Of a stretch of 64,000 nucleotides of DNA, positions 58,849 to 64,000 are shown in pieces. The position numbers were made by a program, and so were the translations under genes. The notes under the pieces were generated by a model that was not told where the DNA came from, ran no database searches, and worked only from the letters and a program-made list of their open reading frames with translations. Position 1 is the first letter of the stretch; every line of letters starts with the position of its first letter. Origin of the DNA: Candidatus Methylacidiphilales bacterium (lineage in GTDB: Bacteria > Verrucomicrobiota > Verrucomicrobiia > Methylacidiphilales > Verrucolacustridaceae); the NCBI GenBank assembly GCA_044358595.1, contig JBIKNP010000009.1, positions 8,433-72,432 of the forward strand, read 5' to 3'.

Positions 58849-60753
58849 ATGAAGCCAATTGAATTCAAGACCTATACCTTCATAAGCACTCTCAGTCTTA
58901 TAGGTCTGTTGGTCGTCTGCTCGTTTGCCTTGCTTCAATCAGCGCCGCCGCCAAGCGCCTTTGGGGTGTGGGATCGGGCGGATAAATTTGACCCCAAAGA
59001 GTATCCCTTCCTCAAAGGGTTTAGTTTCGATCAGAAATGGGCCGATTTGGAAAAGCAGCCGGGAGTTTTTGATTGGAGCGGCTTGGATGAGGTTATGGAA
59101 AGAGCCACTCAGAATAAGCAGTTCGTTTATTTATCCTTGGGTGTGGGGCCCGTTGCTCCGGAATGGATTTACCAACATGGTGTGCCGAAAGTTGAGACCG
59201 ACGGTGAGAAGGATAAACACATGGATAAATGGGATGGCTATCCTTACTACTTGGCTCCCGAATACAAAACGTATTTTTTCCGCCTGATTCAGGAATTCGG
59301 AAAACATATTCGCAGTTATCCCCGCGAAAAACAGGAGCGTATTGCATTTATCCAAATCAAGACCGGATGTACCGGTGATGAAACCGCCTATAAAGGCAAG
59401 GCCATCGAGAGCAAATATGATCTGCCTCGCAGCTCTCCCGCGTGGCGAGAGTTCCGCTTGGAGACCTTCGACTTGTTTGTGAAAATCTTCGCTGGAAGTG
59501 CTGATCAGCCTAAGATTGACCTGCTATTCAACGCCATCGGACCGGTCATCGGATCGGAAGAGGACCCAGTCGAAGCCCAAGAGGGATTCGTCAAAGAGTG
59601 GGATTGGGTGATCCATCACGTCCAAGGCAGCTTTGGTATCAAGAATGGAGCTCTTTCTCGCGGGCATCATCTCTCCGGAGAACGCTCCTTGTATAACCAG
59701 TGGACACCCTACCTCCTTGATCCCAAGGGGCTGACGCTGTTCCGCCGGTCGGAGATGGATCAGACCTGGCAGAAGCCGTGGTATCAGTTGAACGTCCCAC
59801 TCAATTTTTACTGGGGCGCGATCAACGCCCTTAATGGCGGTCAGAGTGTCTGGGATGTCACCAAGAGCGCCATAGACGCGTGCAAGGAACAGGGCTTCGA
59901 CTACTCCTTCTACTTCTTTAACCGCTACGCCGGACAGATCTATCCCAAGACAGCCACCGATGCCTTCTGCGCTCTACACAAAGGATTAGATGCTGCCGAT
60001 ACCAAGGCTTATCCCGAGGCAGAGTTTGGACCTGCCCAGCGCAAGAACGAGGGTCGCATGCTGAAAATCTGCGCCGCGTACGCTAAGTATGGTGCGGCGG
60101 TCGATGACGAGGATGCACTGTTGCTGGGGCAAGTCCGCCAAAGAGACACGCAAACCGGATTCAACGACGTAGGCTGGGATATCTGGCCGGACAACTATGG
60201 CCGCTTCCTCTATCAGATCGATGCTGATGACACATCGGTTCCGCTCTGGCGTGTGGGCGGTCCGATTACTCCGACCTCTTCTATCTACTCCCGCTTTGCC
60301 CGCGGCTTCGAGCACGCCTCCGGCAAAGACACGATGTTTTTCAAACTGCACGAGGGCTTTTCCGAGGGTAACGAGCCGAAGGTCATGACGATGACCGTCG
60401 TCTGGTATGACAGGACGGCAGGCTCAACATGGAAGCTGGATTACGACGCTGGCAAGGGGGGCATGAAGACGGCGCTGAACGTTACTGGGAAAGGTGACAA
60501 GCAGTGGCATCATGAAAGGGTCACGGTGGAGGATGCGGTGCTTCGTCAGGGTGGAACCAAGGGCGCGGACTTTGCCCTCGTGAACACCGATGACAAGGAT
60601 GACATCTTCAGCCTGATTGAAGTCCATCGCGGCAAACTGGAGGCCCCGGAGGTGTCTGACATAGCGCCGGTGACACCCGAGGCGGGAAAGGCAACCAAAG
60701 CTGGCAAAGAGAAAAAGGGGAAACGAAAGAAGGCGGATGAAGAAGCAGATTAG
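58849..60753 (+). CDS. secreted putative TIM-barrel glycan-active enzyme, paralog 2
   Basis: Same motifs as paralog 1 (GVWDR, TGCTGDE, RGHHLSGE, SEMDQTW, GWDIWPDNYGRF); Lys-rich tail. Confidence 0.65.
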   Translation: MKPIEFKTYTFISTLSLIGLLVVCSFALLQSAPPPSAFGVWDRADKFDPKEYPFLKGFSFDQKWADLEKQPGVFDWSGLDEVMERATQNKQFVYLSLGVGPVAPEWIYQHGVPKVETDGEKDKHMDKWDGYPYYLAPEYKTYFFRLIQEFGKHIRSYPREKQERIAFIQIKTGCTGDETAYKGKAIESKYDLPRSSPAWREFRLETFDLFVKIFAGSADQPKIDLLFNAIGPVIGSEEDPVEAQEGFVKEWDWVIHHVQGSFGIKNGALSRGHHLSGERSLYNQWTPYLLDPKGLTLFRRSEMDQTWQKPWYQLNVPLNFYWGAINALNGGQSVWDVTKSAIDACKEQGFDYSFYFFNRYAGQIYPKTATDAFCALHKGLDAADTKAYPEAEFGPAQRKNEGRMLKICAAYAKYGAAVDDEDALLLGQVRQRDTQTGFNDVGWDIWPDNYGRFLYQIDADDTSVPLWRVGGPITPTSSIYSRFARGFEHASGKDTMFFKLHEGFSEGNEPKVMTMTVVWYDRTAGSTWKLDYDAGKGGMKTALNVTGKGDKQWHHERVTVEDAVLRQGGTKGADFALVNTDDKDDIFSLIEVHRGKLEAPEVSDIAPVTPEAGKATKAGKEKKGKRKKADEEAD

Positions 60754-60845
60754 GAAAAAGCAGTCCGATTTGAGGCTGGGTTAGCATCTTTAAAGGGCGG
60801 ACCGGGCTATGACGAGGGGGGTTGGGCTCATGTTCCTTTCGATTT

Positions 60846-60872
60846 TGTCACACAGCACATAAATTTGCTAAA
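60846..60872 (+). promoter_or_regulatory. weaker candidate ECF promoter for paralog 3
   Basis: TGTCACAC-N13-GCTAAA; same spacing, 5/8 and 5/6 matches. Confidence 0.35.
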
Positions 60873-60899
60873 TAGCGAATTGGTAGTATGTTAGACTTT

Positions 60900-63800
60900 A
60901 TGAGAAGCGCTTTTCTCCTCCTCAGCGCTTTGATGCTGGCTCCGCTATACCCGCTTCGCGCCGAGCTCGGACTGCAACGTGATGCCTATGGCGTATGGGA
61001 CCGGGCGGGAGGGCATCCTGTCGATCAATATCCCTATGTCCGGGGTCAGGAATATGCGGCGGAGTGGACGGCAATCAATCCAGCTCGGAACACCTTTGAC
61101 TGGACTGCGCTAGATAGCCTATTGCAGGTGGCCTACGATCAAAACCAGAGATTTTTCGTCAAGATCCAGCCTGTCTCTGGGACGACTATGCCGCCTTGGA
61201 TATTTGATGCGGGCGTTCCAAAAATCACCTGCCCTACGTACACCTATGGATACTATCTGGATCCTGAATTCAAAATCTACTTTGAAGAAATGGTGCAGGC
61301 GCTGGGCAAACATCTGCGCGAGGACGTTCCGGCTCATCTGGCGAATATCGTCTCTTTCGTTCGCGTAGATACCGGCGCCACGGGGGACGAAGAGCCGTAT
61401 GAAGGCTCGGACGTTCCCTTCGTTCCGCCTGAGTATCAAATTAGCGCCAACGATTGGAAGGGTTATAGGCTGTGGGCCTTCAATGTTTATGACCAGGCCT
61501 TCCAGCACGGCACGGGACCTCAAATTCCACTGCTCTTTCAAAATATCGAGGTGCCTGCCTATCAGACCGAGCAGGACTGGGTGACGGCCAATGTAACGTC
61601 CGGATTCGGTGGCAAGTATGGCGGACAAGTTCGCGGGCACCATTTGTCGGAATCCAGAAACGTGTCGGACTCGTTCAAGGCGCTTTCCATGGATACACCG
61701 TCCAAGTTTTTCTCCGTAAATGAGATGGATCAGACTTGGGAAAAACCCTATTTCCAGCTCAATCTCAAATTGGGCATGTACTGGTGCGCGGTGGAACAAC
61801 TCAACGCCGGCATGACAATATGGGATTGGAGCAGTTCGGTCATGGAGGGCGCGGCGGCCAATGACATCGTCTCTATTGCCGAGTTTTTCAACACCTGGGC
61901 GGCGGAACTCGACCCGCCAACGGCCCGAGGCGGATTCTGTATCTTTCACGAAGGACTTGCTTCCGAAGATATAGATAAGTTTCCAGAAGCAACCTATGGA
62001 TCGCCGGCAAACAGGGGCAATACCAACCGGTATACCAACATCTGCGCGGCCTATGCCAGCCAGGGGGCCAAGATGGACGATCTGAACGCGGTCACCTTGG
62101 GACAGGTGGCGCAGCGCAGGGTACAGGCTGGATTCAACGATTCCGGTTGGGGGATTTGGCCTGGGAACTATGAACGATTTATAATTCAGATGAACCCGGA
62201 CTCCACTAGTAAGGGACTCTGGCGCGTCAACGGAACTTTGACGACCAGCTCGCATCCGTATGACCGCTTCGCACGCCGTTTCGACAACGCCTCCAGCAGA
62301 AATACGATGTATTTTGACATCAATGACAAACTGCTGCCTTCAGCGGGCCAGCGGGTTAGGCTTTCCGTGGACTATCTGGACCGAGGCACCGGTCAGTTTG
62401 CCCTTCAATACGATGCCGTAGGGAATAACCAGAAAAACGCGTTCACGGTCACGAAGACTGGTAGTAATACTTGGAAGACAGCCTCGGCGATAGTCACGGA
62501 CTGGGCCTTCAGAAACGGCAGCCTAAACGGTGCTGACCTGACATTGGTTAATCTGGATACAGATGATGATATTTTTCACAAATTGGAAGTGACCAAGCTG
62601 GCCAATGTCCAAATCGGCACCGTTGGCATGGGCACGGTCAGCGCTCGCACGGACGCCGCGACCTACTCGCCGGTCGTAGGTAGCGACTTCGCCGAGAGCC
62701 AGCGCTTGGAATTGACGGTGACTCCTGCTTCGGGATGGAAATTCACCGGATGGAGCGGCGATTTGACCGGGACCAGTGCCCGCCCGTTTCTTTTCCCAAC
62801 CAAAGACTCGCGGGTCACGGCCACCTTTGCTCGGACTTCGGCTACCCCTCCGAGCAGCATACCTCTCTTCAGCAGCGATCCGATCGGCAAGACCGCCGCA
62901 CCGGTCAATGGGGTCTACTCGGGAACCCTTTCGGGAAATGCCAGCGATCCGAACGGGCAACCGTTGACTTTCTCCAAAACCTCCGGCCCCTCTTGGCTCA
63001 GCATCGCTGCCAACGGGACCCTCTCTGGAACACCGCAGCTCGCCGACCTGGGCCTAAATAGCTGGACGGTGCGGGTAAGTAGCTCCGGCGGCAGTGACAC
63101 GGCGATTCTCCTGATCGATGTCACTGCACCTGGTCCTAATCCACCCTCGGGCCTAAGCTACTCCAGCCCTCCCGTTTACACCAAGGGTACGGCGATCGCG
63201 AATCTCTCCCCTTCGAACAGTGGCGGGGGCGTGGTGAGATATGCGGTCACGCCCAAATTACCAAGCGGCTTCAGCATGAACAGCATCACCGGCATTATTA
63301 GTGGCACACCTTTGGCACCAACACCGGCGACCCCCTACAGCATCACGGCGATTAATCCCGACGGTTCGAGCACCACCTCACTCAACATCACGGTCATCGA
63401 TATAGCCCCTTCCGCACTGACCTATTCCAGCAATCCCGCAACCTATCGAATAGATCAGGCGATCACTTCGAATGTTCCCACCAACAGTGGTGGAGCCGTG
63501 GTTTCCTACGCGGTCTCGCCCGCACTACCAGCCGGGCTGGCTTTAAGCACCACCACCGGCATCATTAGCGGCACGCCGACGGCACTTTCTACCAGCGCCA
63601 ACTACACTATCACCGCCACCAACACAGGCGGCTCGACAACTGCCAAGCTGAACATTGCAGTCGAAGAAGGCGGCTACCGCAATTCCGACCTCATCACGAT
63701 CAATGACAATGCAGCGGCCTCGCCCTACCCATCCGCGATCGCGGTGCCAACAACAGCCGGAACAATCACTAAGGTCACGGTCACGATTTATGGCCTCACA

Positions 63801-64000
63801 CACGAAAGGCAAAACGATTTGGACATTCTGCTAGTCGGGCCACTGGGGCAGAAAGTGCTGTTGATGTCGGATGTTGGCGGAGGTGTGTCTGTAGCCAATG
63901 TGAATCTAACGTTCGATGATGCAGCCACAGTTTTCCTGCCGACTAGTGCGGTGTCCATTACCACCGGAACCTACAAACCCACTGATAGCGGGGCAACTTC
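60900..64000 (+). CDS. multidomain secreted paralog 3: catalytic module + B-repeat-like + three putative Ig (He_PIG-like) + proprotein convertase P-like domain; runs off window
   Basis: Not in ORF track; hand translation MRSAFLLLSALMLAPLYPLRAELGLQRDAYGVWDR..TGATGDE..RGHHLS..NEMDQTW; LTVTPASGWKFTGWSGD; GTLSGTP, GIISGTP x2; ITINDNAAASPYPS..THERQNDLDILLVGP; over 1030 codons with no stop. Confidence 0.85.
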   Translation, partial: MRSAFLLLSALMLAPLYPLRAELGLQRDAYGVWDRAGGHPVDQYPYVRGQEYAAEWTAINPARNTFDWTALDSLLQVAYDQNQRFFVKIQPVSGTTMPPWIFDAGVPKITCPTYTYGYYLDPEFKIYFEEMVQALGKHLREDVPAHLANIVSFVRVDTGATGDEEPYEGSDVPFVPPEYQISANDWKGYRLWAFNVYDQAFQHGTGPQIPLLFQNIEVPAYQTEQDWVTANVTSGFGGKYGGQVRGHHLSESRNVSDSFKALSMDTPSKFFSVNEMDQTWEKPYFQLNLKLGMYWCAVEQLNAGMTIWDWSSSVMEGAAANDIVSIAEFFNTWAAELDPPTARGGFCIFHEGLASEDIDKFPEATYGSPANRGNTNRYTNICAAYASQGAKMDDLNAVTLGQVAQRRVQAGFNDSGWGIWPGNYERFIIQMNPDSTSKGLWRVNGTLTTSSHPYDRFARRFDNASSRNTMYFDINDKLLPSAGQRVRLSVDYLDRGTGQFALQYDAVGNNQKNAFTVTKTGSNTWKTASAIVTDWAFRNGSLNGADLTLVNLDTDDDIFHKLEVTKLANVQIGTVGMGTVSARTDAATYSPVVGSDFAESQRLELTVTPASGWKFTGWSGDLTGTSARPFLFPTKDSRVTATFARTSATPPSSIPLFSSDPIGKTAAPVNGVYSGTLSGNASDPNGQPLTFSKTSGPSWLSIAANGTLSGTPQLADLGLNSWTVRVSSSGGSDTAILLIDVTAPGPNPPSGLSYSSPPVYTKGTAIANLSPSNSGGGVVRYAVTPKLPSGFSMNSITGIISGTPLAPTPATPYSITAINPDGSSTTSLNITVIDIAPSALTYSSNPATYRIDQAITSNVPTNSGGAVVSYAVSPALPAGLALSTTTGIISGTPTALSTSANYTITATNTGGSTTAKLNIAVEEGGYRNSDLITINDNAAASPYPSAIAVPTTAGTITKVTVTIYGLTHERQNDLDILLVGPLGQKVLLMSDVGGGVSVANVNLTFDDAATVFLPTSAVSITTGTYKPTDSGAT

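Larger units (their letters stand above)
45710..64000. mobile_element. putative genomic island integrated at tRNA-Arg(TCT), right boundary outside window
   Basis: Orientation of the orphan tRNA 3' half puts the island at higher coordinates; switch to accessory glycan genes; coding strands look C-richer than the G/T-rich core genes (visual impression); no integrase seen in window. Confidence 0.6.

Noticed and set aside
60805-60814. Reverse CGTCATAG half-match to the ECF motif
   Set aside because: No GCTGAA at the right spacing and it points antisense into paralog 2
61119-63812. Minus-strand ORFs in the track (e.g. 378 aa at 61119-62255)
   Set aside because: Shadows of the plus-strand gene starting at 60900, which has clear homology to the two upstream paralogs

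Overview
Bacterial chromosome segment, most likely Verrucomicrobiota/PVC (inferred from a PEP-CTERM protein, a Planctomycete/Verrucomicrobia-style ECF sigma + FecR pair, autotransporter-associated repeats and bacterial TSP3-like motifs). Bases 1-~43.9 kb are mostly housekeeping: aro/trp/phe genes, queG, pilD, lnt, prfB with its programmed +1 frameshift, yicC-gmk-coaC-acs, glgP and trpS-scpAB. This part also holds two terpenoid loci. One is a carotenoid-like polyprenyl synthase/crtB/cruF set; the other is a hopanoid locus (shc, hpnG-like, hpnC and a fused hpnD-hpnE gene). At 45668-45709 lies an orphan 3' half of tRNA-Arg(TCT), which reads as the att junction of a genomic island extending rightward past the window end. 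The island carries a glycan-utilisation locus: GH114-like enzyme, secreted mutarotase, ECF sigma/anti-sigma, PEP-CTERM surface protein, decayed pilin-like gene, GH36-like and six-hairpin glycosidases, and three tandem paralogs of a secreted enzyme family I cannot name. Several island units share an upstream motif, CGTCATAA-N12/13-GCTGAA, which may be the ECF promoter. Two long ORFs running off the window edges (1-863 minus; 60900-64000 plus) are missing from the supplied ORF track and were translated by hand. All family assignments come from motif recognition, not database searches.
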